Source: Methanothrix sp. (GTDB lineage: Archaea > Halobacteriota > Methanosarcinia > Methanotrichales > Methanotrichaceae). Taken from it: a stretch of DNA of 64,000 nucleotides. The position numbers were made by a program, and so were the translations under genes. The DNA is taken from assembly GCA_963682135.1 (NCBI GenBank), contig OY821645.1:1600001-1664000 (forward strand), written 5' to 3'. Below are positions 30,260 through 39,006 of the stretch, one piece after another. Position 1 is the stretch's first letter. Each line of letters begins with the position of its first letter. The notes below the pieces were generated by a model, which had not been told where the DNA came from, did no database searches, and saw only the letters and a list, made by a program, of their open reading frames with translations.

Positions 30260-30649
30260 TCATTGTCCAAGTCGCATCCATAACGATTCCGCCTTGATCA
30301 GCCGGGCCTTCTGCATGGCCTCGGCTAGGCTCATCGTCTTGCAGGACCCCAGGTACACCTTGCGGACCTTTTCTCCTTCCCGCCAGCCTGCTATCCACCG
30401 CCCGTATTTCCTCTCGCCCTTTTTGGTCTGCTTGATAATGCAGTCCTCCCACACGGTGATATCTTCCAGCCTGGCTGCGTCCTCCAGCTCCGTGGCCTGC
30501 TCATGCAGCCTGGCCGCTTCGGCCTGTCTCTCTCCGGCCAGTTGGGCCGCGCCTTCGATGCCTTCCAGCGCCCTTGATTCCCAGGTGAGTTCGCTTGCTC
30601 TCTGTTTCAGTTCCTTTGCTTCCTTTCGGGCCGGGGTGTTGTGGGTCAT
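30260..30649 (-). CDS. Coiled-coil protein with C-terminal arm-type DNA-binding-like domain
   Basis: WIAGWREGEKVRKVYLGSCKTMSLAEAMQKA resembles the arm-binding domain of P4-type integrases. Confidence 0.65.
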   Translation of the reverse strand: MTHNTPARKEAKELKQRASELTWESRALEGIEGAAQLAGERQAEAARLHEQATELEDAARLEDITVWEDCIIKQTKKGERKYGRWIAGWREGEKVRKVYLGSCKTMSLAEAMQKARLIKAESLWMRLGQ

Positions 30650-30666
30650 GGCATCTCAACGCAGAA

Positions 30667-30715
30667 TAGTAGTGTCACATAGGATAAGCAATTTGCTGTT
30701 AATGTGACATTACTA
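30667..30715. repeat. Imperfect 49-bp palindrome upstream of the 30260-30649 gene
   Basis: TAGTAGTGTCACAT / ATGTGACATTACTA arms (13 of 14) with inner AGCAA-T-TTGCT. Confidence 0.75.
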
Positions 30716-30868
30716 AATTAAAGAAAGAGAACGGGCAGGGAAGGATCGATATCCTTAGACAGATTAATGCAGGCAAGCCGGAGGAGACCGCCACGCTCTC
30801 GGCTTCTCCGACATACACTCAGCCTACATGCTTATTCTTTAACTACTTTTCCAGATTCATAAGAAAAG

Positions 30869-31690
30869 TTGATTAATAACTCGGCTAAAGCACTTCCCAT
30901 GTGCAGAGGGCAACAGCGGTATGTTTCAAATGAGCTAACACATTTCGCAGGCGCGGGATCGACTGAAAAGGCTCAATACGATACGCTAGTTAAAATAATA
31001 AAGGAAGGCCGAATCAGTTATAAACCGCATGATAAAGTGGATGATATTCCTGAAGGCCTAAAATACGATCCTGGTTGCGCTTATACATTTAAGGGCCGTT
31101 TCAATGCAAGCAGCAATAACTTGATTTTCCCAGATATGGTCTGCTTTTGCGATATTCCTATCGGTGATCTAGGGATCCATGTCCAGAAATACAGTCCGTT
31201 TGGACTTTCCTTCCTCAAGCCCTTTTTAATCGAGAGGGGCGCAAATCCAGTATTCTATGTAGCCAAGAGTTCAGAGATCCACGGTACAACAAGAGCAGAT
31301 TATTTCGACGAACATGTAAAACTATATTTAAATAATTGCATGAATGCAAATCAGGCATTTCCATCCAGAGAACATTGTCAATCCATAAATGGATTCTTCT
31401 CTCATTTATTGTGTTACCTCAAATTTTTCGATCCTGAAAGGTCAGACGATGATAAAGACAACTTCTACATGGAACGAGAATGGCGAAGCCTCAATAATAT
31501 ACATTTTGAGATAAAAGATATTGAGCGAATAATCATTCCTAAATCATTTGCCCAAATATTTCGGAATGATATTCCTGATTATTTAGGACAGCTTACCTTC
31601 AGCGATGACCATATATCGAAACCTCCTCAACGTAATGCTAAATCCCCAGTTGTGGTATGCACGCCAGATAAGCTTCATTCAGTTCCTTGA
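30869..31690 (+). CDS. AbiGi-family protein (abortive infection associated)
   Basis: LTHF, VCFCDIP, HVQKYSPFGLSF, GANPVFY, EREWR. Confidence 0.75.
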   Translation: MINNSAKALPMCRGQQRYVSNELTHFAGAGSTEKAQYDTLVKIIKEGRISYKPHDKVDDIPEGLKYDPGCAYTFKGRFNASSNNLIFPDMVCFCDIPIGDLGIHVQKYSPFGLSFLKPFLIERGANPVFYVAKSSEIHGTTRADYFDEHVKLYLNNCMNANQAFPSREHCQSINGFFSHLLCYLKFFDPERSDDDKDNFYMEREWRSLNNIHFEIKDIERIIIPKSFAQIFRNDIPDYLGQLTFSDDHISKPPQRNAKSPVVVCTPDKLHSVP

Positions 31691-31721
31691 GGTCAATGTG
31701 GTTATAGATATCTATCGCTTC
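31638..31721 (-). pseudogene. Isolated integrase 3'-end copy 1
   Basis: Reads EAIDIYNHIDLKELNEAYLACIPQLGI*, matching the end of the 34706-35631 integrase. Confidence 0.88.
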
Positions 31722-31738
31722 CTGCTTAGGTCGATAGG

Positions 31739-32797
31739 TTATGAGCGAGTATTTTGCTCCTGCAATCCCTTTTCAATCTCACAGAAAGCGCTAATGACCT
31801 CTTCAGCTAGCTCATTTAATACATATATGCTTGCAATCCCCCAAAGTTTCAGCTTAAAAGTAGATAACATAGCTGCAGTTAATTGATACAAAGATTGGGC
31901 TGTAAGGCATGCAGGATCTGCAAAACCGAAGTCGCTTGGACCCATGAGTACATGCTCCACTCTATGCTCTAGTGGTACTCCCAGTCTAAAATCGAGGCCG
32001 TCTGGTCCCGCATGGATATTCCTGCTTGCCATTGAATAATAAGGCCGCATATAGCCAATGCCTGCCGCATCTTCTACTGCTTTGAAGCCGCTTCCTTTTT
32101 TAACCTCATTAGCCCAACCATATGGGTCCTCAAAATTTGAGCCAAATCGTTTGCACATTTCCTCTTTTTCGGCCTTCATCTCGGCTATTTTTTCCTCTGG
32201 ATACGGTTTGAATCCTAAAAGCTCGCAATGCCTTTGATATTCCTTAACGCCTTTACAGCGTGCTATAATGTCATAGCAAAGATAGCGTTCTGCAAGACCA
32301 TCTCCATGCTCGGCAATGAGCTTTGCGGTAGCATTTATTTCTTGGATTGAACGCCATCGAGCAATTGCACCATCTGGATATCCATTGAGCAGAAGCGTGA
32401 ACACTTCTGATCCGATCAGGCAGCCCCTAGCATGAAGCTTGGCCAGAGCCTGATATAAATTCTGCTTTCCTTCGGGGATTTGCGGGCCAATGTCCCTTGA
32501 TAACTTCGCTTGTGCTTCTATGCAACATGCCAGAAACACCTCAAATAAGTCAAATGCCCTTCCCCATATATTTCGGAGGCGAGCCTCAAAATTGTGCCTA
32601 TTGTCTTGTCGTCCTTTGATTATTTCTGCAGCATCATTTTTAATTCCACGCATTGTTTGTTTTGCAAGAATATTCACTACTCCATTATAGAATGTAAGAA
32701 ATTTATCTTCATATTCTCTATCGGAGATCTCTTCTAACGGTTTCCACTTTTCAAGTTCCTCTAAGAAAATTGCCATTAACTGTCCGTCTTCATCCAT
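31739..32797 (-). CDS. DUF5677-like protein
   Basis: LHARGC...LLNGYPDGAIARWRSIQE and YYSMASRNIH motifs. Confidence 0.7.
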   Translation of the reverse strand: MDEDGQLMAIFLEELEKWKPLEEISDREYEDKFLTFYNGVVNILAKQTMRGIKNDAAEIIKGRQDNRHNFEARLRNIWGRAFDLFEVFLACCIEAQAKLSRDIGPQIPEGKQNLYQALAKLHARGCLIGSEVFTLLLNGYPDGAIARWRSIQEINATAKLIAEHGDGLAERYLCYDIIARCKGVKEYQRHCELLGFKPYPEEKIAEMKAEKEEMCKRFGSNFEDPYGWANEVKKGSGFKAVEDAAGIGYMRPYYSMASRNIHAGPDGLDFRLGVPLEHRVEHVLMGPSDFGFADPACLTAQSLYQLTAAMLSTFKLKLWGIASIYVLNELAEEVISAFCEIEKGLQEQNTRS

Positions 32798-32825
32798 GCT
32801 CGATCACTCGTTTGGTATCGGTATT

Positions 32826-32948
32826 TCATATCCCCAATTGCGGTATGCAAGCTGAATAAGCTTCTTTTAATTATTTTAATTTTATATGAGTATAGATGTC
32901 TATCGCTTCCCACCTGAAGTCGCCCCTAAGTTCCTGGATGAACTCGCG
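32826..32948 (-). pseudogene. Isolated integrase 3'-end copy 2
   Basis: Reads REFIQELRGDFRWEAIDIYTHIKLK*LKEAYSACIPQLGI*. Confidence 0.88.
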
Positions 32949-33104
32949 GAAGATCACAGGCGCACTGGTATTCGTCATCATATGATCCATCAATCAAGTA
33001 CCCATCAAGTACCCACCGAGTTCAAGAAACTGCCAGAGATTATCGATTATCCAGGATTCTGATAACATCAGCACGCCCATTAATCCAGTTCCATCAAGTA
33101 CCAA

Positions 33105-34595
33105 TCAAGTAATCGTGTCTCTCGTTGGGTCGGCCCAGAAAGGAATATAGCGCATCAACTTTGGAGCCGCACCTGGGTCGTAAGGTAACACGAAGCCTGC
33201 TTCCACGGCTTCGCGTATGTAGCGCGAGGCAATCGCAATGTTTTTTTGTTCGATACCGAACCGCTCTCGGATAGAAGTGTTTGTCGTGTTTTCTCTGTTA
33301 ACGTAACGCAGGCAGGCGTGCAAATACACCGCTCTAATGCGGTCTGCTTTATCCATCTTTGTAAGCGGACGATGAGCAAACAGCACGACCCTGGTATTAT
33401 CGCATGTGGCCTCTGGCAATGGAGCCGGAAGCTGGTATAACTCCGTCTGAAACACTACCTTATCCCATCCACTGCCGCGCTCTTCACAAATTCCAAAGCG
33501 GCGCATGAGTGAGGCCAATGCCTCATTGCGCGACCGGGGTGGTGTGTCCACAAAACGATTTGTATCCACCAACGGTGCGCCGGGATTAGTGACCTCAATT
33601 CGGTCAGCAAAGATTTCTACCATCGGCCCTGCGCCTATGATAAAGAAATCCTGGTGGATGATTGCGTTAGCTACAAGTTCGCGCACTGCCAACTCAGGGA
33701 ACATCGGCACTTTCTTACGCAGAGCTTGTCCAATCAACTCATTGGATGGCAGCAAGCCATTGATATATTCAATAAGCCCTTCAAAACCACAAGCATAACC
33801 CTTCCCAAGGATATATTCCTTGATGGTTTCAATCCTATTGTTTCCCCTATACAGAATAACTCGCAAAGATTTGCGCCGAATTGCTGTAAAGCTATCTATC
33901 CTCTTTGCGAGCAAAATTGCGCCAAGGTTGGAAATATCCCAGCCGCCCGCTTCGCATGGTTCAATTAGCCGGTCATCGGCCAACGCTTCTAGAACCCCCA
34001 CACGACTCTCCGGCAAAGGACGTTTCAATAAGTCAAAATATGCCGGATAGTCCAACAGAGCAAGTACTTCCTCATCACTGATCCGCTCGGCAGCAACGCC
34101 GCTTTCGAACGGGGCTTTATCAAAAAGACGCCAGATTGCGCGCTCCTTCTCGGGAAAATCTTTGAGCCTCTTCTTATATGAACCAACACGGATGAACTCA
34201 TTTCCTTGGAATTGCACGGGTTGGCGGTAAGCGCGCTCAATCTCCAGCAACACCACAGGCAATCTATCAACCTGGATCTCGAAAAAACCGAAATGGATTC
34301 TCGGAGCCAACGCACGAAGCAGCCAATTTTCTAGCTCCTCATTACCGACTTTTGTGGTCCGCGGCGAAAACTGAGTGCCAACCACTGCATGATCATTATC
34401 ATTTAATCCCCAGATAAGGTATGCTGAGGCTTTGCCCACCAGTGCAGCCGAGTTTGACAGTGCGGATATATATTCGCCGATATCTTGCGGTTCGGCGTAA
34501 TTATGCTTGAACTCCGCCCACTCAGTCTCTTTAGGTAGCTTGGAAAGCTCTCGCACTAAGCCGACAACGTAATCAGTGCTTTGTTCAGCTCTAAT
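33105..34595 (-). CDS. AlbA_2 (Schlafen-like) domain + RecG-C/HATPase_c_4 ATP-binding protein
   Basis: ETEWAEFK, ISALSN, RELVANAIIHQD, IEVTNPG, RNEALA, CEERGSG, YIPFWA; start either GTG 34556 or ATT 34595. Confidence 0.85.
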   Translation of the reverse strand: MRAEQSTDYVVGLVRELSKLPKETEWAEFKHNYAEPQDIGEYISALSNSAALVGKASAYLIWGLNDNDHAVVGTQFSPRTTKVGNEELENWLLRALAPRIHFGFFEIQVDRLPVVLLEIERAYRQPVQFQGNEFIRVGSYKKRLKDFPEKERAIWRLFDKAPFESGVAAERISDEEVLALLDYPAYFDLLKRPLPESRVGVLEALADDRLIEPCEAGGWDISNLGAILLAKRIDSFTAIRRKSLRVILYRGNNRIETIKEYILGKGYACGFEGLIEYINGLLPSNELIGQALRKKVPMFPELAVRELVANAIIHQDFFIIGAGPMVEIFADRIEVTNPGAPLVDTNRFVDTPPRSRNEALASLMRRFGICEERGSGWDKVVFQTELYQLPAPLPEATCDNTRVVLFAHRPLTKMDKADRIRAVYLHACLRYVNRENTTNTSIRERFGIEQKNIAIASRYIREAVEAGFVLPYDPGAAPKLMRYIPFWADPTRDTIT

Positions 34596-34705
34596 GAATA
34601 TCCCTCAGGTAGTTTTCGAGACACTTGCCACTTTGGATTTGGCCATCTGCTTGCATCATTTGTCTGGAAGGTAATGTATTTTTCCTAATTTGGCTTATGA
34701 ATGCC

Positions 34706-35631
34706 CTAATAAATCCCCAACTGCAGTATACACGCCAGATAAGCCTCCTTCAACTCCTTCAAATCGATGTGGTTATACAGGTCGAATGCCTCTTTGCGGC
34801 TATCGCCCCTCAGCTCCTTAATGAACTCCCTTCACATTCCGGCCCGGAAGAGGTGAGTGCAGAACCAATGCCGGCATGCGTGGGGCGAAAAGTGGTCCTC
34901 AAGCCGCTCCGACTCTGGATTGTGTAGGCCTACGTTTTTAGCTGCTTCAGTCACAGCCCGATATACATCATTTCTGGAGATCCGATATCCCCATGTGCTC
35001 AGGAATAATGCATCCTCGTTCCGTCTGTTGATGCCTTCGCGCACTCTGAGCCATCGCCGGAGCAAATAGGCCACCTAATCATCCATGAATAACGTCCGGT
35101 TGCTTCTTTTGGCCGTGGGCTTGAGCCGGAGGGTATTTTCAACCAGGTTGACATCATCCACATCCAGGGAGAGCAGTTCACCGCGTCTCATCCCCGTCTT
35201 GAAGAACAATGCAGCATCGCTTTGCCCCTGATAGTTGGCGCAGCCTTGACCATCCGGCTGGCATCCTCGACACTGACGAGCTGCCGTGCGTGGCTATCCC
35301 CATTCTCTTTGTAACGTTTCAGGTAGCGTTTGCGGATGATCAGAACCGGATTTGATGAGATCATGCCCTCAAAGATCAGGTAATCATAGAAACTGGAAAG
35401 CGTGCTGAAATATCGCTCTATGGTCTTCTGTGATGCTCCTCGGTCCCTTCGCATGTGGCCTATGAAGCCCTTTAATGGCTCCTTGTCTTCCTGGTCGATC
35501 TCAGCACCGCGCTCGGCCATGTACGCCTTGAAGATATGCAAGACCGATTTGTAGCGAATGATAGAGTCCGGAGTCATGCCGCGAACTTCGCAGTCCTGCA
35601 GGTAGCTTTCTATCAGATCATCGGCCATCAT
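34706..35631 (-). pseudogene. Tyrosine recombinase/integrase, inactivated
   Basis: SAM-like N-domain, KTGMRRGEL, HACRHWF, ELRGD, DLYNH; frameshift near 35210, TAG at 35075-35077, TGA at 34832-34834. Confidence 0.9.
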
Positions 35632-36137
35632 ACGACCCAATGTATGTTATTATTCTCTGCCCTAATCATGCCAAAGAGCTTCAGGGTCTCCAGTTGGCCA
35701 TCAATGGCCTTGATCAGGTCTTTTTCCATCAAATCAATCCCGAGGGACTCAAGTAGCTGGAATCTGTCCACACTACCGCGCGCCTTGAGGACTTGAACAA
35801 GATCCCCACTGAGCCCTCGCATACCTGCAAAATTCGTCTCAATCCACGGTGCTGCACGATAACGTTTTAGTTCGGACTCATATCGCTCGATAAGTATGTT
35901 CTTTCTCTGGAGATCTTCCCGCAGAGTCTTGATTTCGTTTTTCAAGCCATCCAGATCACGCACGTGGCGCGGTGCCAGCTCTTCTTTCTCATCAATAACA
36001 CCGTCCACTATCGATATGATGAACTTCGAAAGGGATGTATGGGCCTTTGCTGCTAGCTTTTCCCATCTCTCCTTATGTGGCCTTGATGGATGATAGACGT
36101 AAGTATAACGGGTTATATCGGGAATTGGGTTTGTCAT
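35628..36137 (-). CDS. Hypothetical RHH-like/coiled-coil/wHTH protein translationally coupled to the integrase
   Basis: YVYHPS...KERWEKLAAKAHTSLSKFI (RHH-like), coiled coil, LETLKLFGMI; ATGA overlap with the integrase start. Confidence 0.7.
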   Translation of the reverse strand: MTNPIPDITRYTYVYHPSRPHKERWEKLAAKAHTSLSKFIISIVDGVIDEKEELAPRHVRDLDGLKNEIKTLREDLQRKNILIERYESELKRYRAAPWIETNFAGMRGLSGDLVQVLKARGSVDRFQLLESLGIDLMEKDLIKAIDGQLETLKLFGMIRAENNNIHWVV

Positions 36138-36761
36138 CGCTGTCTAGATAAACGCTATCATCTAAAGCATTTACTGAGTAGAAAATAGATCTATTCCTGA
36201 CGGGAGCATATTAGATGTTGTTGGACTACTGCTAAAAATATCGCACTTGCAGGAGTTCGCGGACGGCAATCTCTTACTCCAGAGGGAAAACGTCCCAAAG
36301 ATAGCGATTTTTTGAAGTTCGTCTCTCTTCAAGTTGTTAAAGATTATTCGATCGACTGAAATTGACCGACAGGTATATAGACTAAAGTGCACCTCGTTAA
36401 TAGGCTTCATTTGCATTGATTCAAAAAATTTGTTGAGATGTTTTTGAGAGCGCGATCGATTCTTTGAAATCGATAAAAAAGGATACATGGAATTAATGAG
36501 ATTTGGAAATGGCAGAGACGGCTTGAATAAGGCCTGCATATTCCCAGGAATGCTTGCTAAATACACAGGCAATATTAAAAGGATTTGATCATAATATTAT
36601 CTTCATTTCGTTTTAACGAAGTAGCATTCTTCTCCCAGCCTCTGCAACCGGTTGAAGTATCTCTTTGCATTAAGATGCCATCAACCAGTTTCTTTTCGGA
36701 TCCGCATCAAAGGACTTCAACCAAATCCAAGATCAGCACTTAGAAATATTTAGAGGCAAGA

Positions 36762-38027
36762 ATGTCATTTGGAAATTTGAATATCATAGATCCGCTTTGC
36801 CGAGCACTGGCCAAGGAAGGATACACCGCACCGACTCCCATTCAGACCCTGGCCATACCCCATCTCTTGAATGGAAAAGACCTGATGGGCATCGCTCAGA
36901 CCGGCACAGGCAAGACCGCAGCATTTGTGCTGCCCATATTGCAGAAGATATCGGAACAGCGCAAGGCCGCTCAGCCCGGAGTTCCGCGCGCTCTGATTAT
37001 TGCACCTACTAGAGAGCTGGCCGCACAGATCGACCAGAGCTTTGCTACCTACGGCCAGTTTCTGCGCTTTAGGCATACGGTCATATTCGGCGGCGTGCGG
37101 CAAGGACCTCAGGTCAAAATGCTCTCTCAAGGCGTCGATGTCCTGGTTGCCACACCCGGCCGGCTGCTCGATCTGATGAATCAGGGCTATGTTATGCTGA
37201 AGGGCGTGGAGTTCTTCGTCCTGGACGAGATCGATCGAATGCTGGACATGGGTTTCATCAAGGACATGCGCCGAATAGTCACAGCACTGCCCCAAAAGCA
37301 TCAATCGCTTTTCTTCTCGGCCACCGTGTCTCGCGAGACGGGCGAGTTTGCAGAAAAGCTTCTCACTGATCCCGTACGCATCGAGGCTACACCCCAGGCC
37401 AGTACTCTCGAGTGCATCAAGCAGAGTGTCTTTTTCGTGGATCAGAACAACAAGTTTCCGCTATTGCAGAAGCTCATCAGAGATGAAGACATGGAGCGCG
37501 TCTTGATCTTCTCCCGGACCAAGCACCGGGCAGATAAGATCGCGCAGGCGCTGAGCAAGAGCAGGATCAACGCTGATGCCATTCACGGCAACAAGTCGCA
37601 AAACCAGCGCACTAAAGCCATGCATGATTTCAAATCGGGCCGCTTGCGGGTACTTGTGGCAACCGATATCGCAGCAAGGGGAATTGATGTTGACGACATT
37701 TCCCACGTGATCAACTTCGATCTGCCCAATGAGCCGGAGTGCTATGTCCATCGCATCGGTCGCACAGGGCGCGCCGGAGCAGATGGCAAAGCATATTCGT
37801 TTTGCGCTGCAGATGAACGCAATATCCTGCGCAGCATTGAGCGGTTGACACGCACCAAAGCAGAGGTCGTGGATCACCAGTACCATTCCGAAACGGCCAA
37901 GATGGCTGTGGGAGCTGCCGCCGAGTCGGCCAATCCCTATCGATCCAGGGGGACGACAAGAGGTTCCCGACAGGAGGGCGGCCATAAATCAGCTCCCAGA
38001 AAACCGTACCCAGTCAGACGACGCTAG
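36762..38027 (+). CDS. DEAD-box RNA helicase (RhlE-like)
   Basis: PTPIQ, AQTGTGKT, PTRELA, DEID, SAT, ARGID, HRIGRTGR. Confidence 0.93.
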   Translation: MSFGNLNIIDPLCRALAKEGYTAPTPIQTLAIPHLLNGKDLMGIAQTGTGKTAAFVLPILQKISEQRKAAQPGVPRALIIAPTRELAAQIDQSFATYGQFLRFRHTVIFGGVRQGPQVKMLSQGVDVLVATPGRLLDLMNQGYVMLKGVEFFVLDEIDRMLDMGFIKDMRRIVTALPQKHQSLFFSATVSRETGEFAEKLLTDPVRIEATPQASTLECIKQSVFFVDQNNKFPLLQKLIRDEDMERVLIFSRTKHRADKIAQALSKSRINADAIHGNKSQNQRTKAMHDFKSGRLRVLVATDIAARGIDVDDISHVINFDLPNEPECYVHRIGRTGRAGADGKAYSFCAADERNILRSIERLTRTKAEVVDHQYHSETAKMAVGAAAESANPYRSRGTTRGSRQEGGHKSAPRKPYPVRRR

Positions 38028-38199
38028 TTGCGAGAAAGGCTGAAAAGTCTAAAGGTGAGGCTATTTCATGTTGAAAATAGCCGACTATTTTTTATTTAAC
38101 AATTTGGCAGCTGGTATACTCACGGAAACGTTTACTTATTTATACCATAGTATTTATTATCGTAAGAATATCTCTATAATCTAATGGAGTAAGATTACG

Positions 38200-38538
38200 A
38201 TGAAAGTTTTGCAGCTAAGAGACGTGGTGAGCATGCCCAATCCCCACGGAGTGGATGCCAGGAGCCTCAGCGACAGAGAGAATGCCCAGGTAGCGCACAT
38301 CACCTTGCAGCCGGGACAGTCCCTGAAAAAGCATATCACTCCCGTGGATGTGGTCTTCTACGTTCTGGAAGGCCAGGGAGTGGTGGAGATCGGAGAGGAG
38401 AGAGCTGTTGTAAAAGCAGATACGCTGATCGAAAGCCCGGCTAAAATTGCCCATCGCTGGCTCAACGAGAGCACTGGGACGCTACGCATATTGGTGATAA
38501 AGACGCCCCGGCCCAGAGAAGCCACCAAAATGCTGTGA
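38200..38538 (+). CDS. Cupin domain protein
   Basis: LKKHITP, FYVLEGQG, SPAKIAH. Confidence 0.85.
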   Translation: MKVLQLRDVVSMPNPHGVDARSLSDRENAQVAHITLQPGQSLKKHITPVDVVFYVLEGQGVVEIGEERAVVKADTLIESPAKIAHRWLNESTGTLRILVIKTPRPREATKML

Positions 38539-38551
38539 GAAGTGACTTACC

Positions 38552-38989
38552 ATGTCGATAGATGAGAACAAAGCCCTCGTTCGCCGCTTCTTTGACCAGG
38601 GTCCCTCCCGTGGTGACTTGAGGGCGGCGGATGAGCTGCTGGCCAATGACTTTGCCCTGCACGTGCCGCTTGCCTGCTCGCCGGGCGTCCAGGGAATGAA
38701 TGAGGTGATCACTGCCTGCCGGGCTGCTTTTGAGCATCTCGATGTTACGATCGAAGATATGCTGGCTGATGGGGATAGGGTCGCTGCCCGCTTCACCGCG
38801 CGGGGCATTCACAAGGGCGCTTTTATGGGCCTGCCTGCCACCGGCAAGAGCATAACCATGACGGGCATTGAGATCTTTCGTATCGAGAACCGCAAGATTG
38901 CTGAGCTCTGGGGCGAGGCCGATCTTCTGGGGCTGATGCAGCAATTGGGAATCTTGCCGCCTTTGGTGGAGCAAACTGAAAAGGGATAA
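38552..38989 (+). CDS. SnoaL-like ester cyclase / NTF2-like protein
   Basis: ENKALVRRF, GDRVAARF, GIHKGAFMGLPATGK, KIAELW. Confidence 0.88.
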   Translation: MSIDENKALVRRFFDQGPSRGDLRAADELLANDFALHVPLACSPGVQGMNEVITACRAAFEHLDVTIEDMLADGDRVAARFTARGIHKGAFMGLPATGKSITMTGIEIFRIENRKIAELWGEADLLGLMQQLGILPPLVEQTEKG

Positions 38990-39006
38990 GCGATTCGGGC
39001 ATCACC

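Larger units (their letters stand above)
30105..36209. mobile_element. ~6.1-kb integrative element in the tRNA-Glu 3' end (defective integrase, defence-like cargo)
   Basis: Direct repeat TCC(C/T)GACGGGAGCAT at 30105-30119 and 36195-36209 brackets a tyrosine recombinase and AT-richer cargo. Confidence 0.82.

Noticed and set aside
31638-34834. Integrase tails as SSV-type Int(C) fragments generated by integration
   Set aside because: The att repeat matches the tRNA 3' end and lies outside the integrase gene; no tRNA-like sequence is seen at the tail junctions.
35075-35077. In-frame TAG in the integrase as pyrrolysine or readthrough
   Set aside because: The same gene also has a frameshift and a TGA; simple decay explains it and no pyl genes are in view.
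36171-36572. 133-aa minus-strand ORF
   Set aside because: Crosses the att site, has no RBS or recognisable motif, and has an atypical composition.
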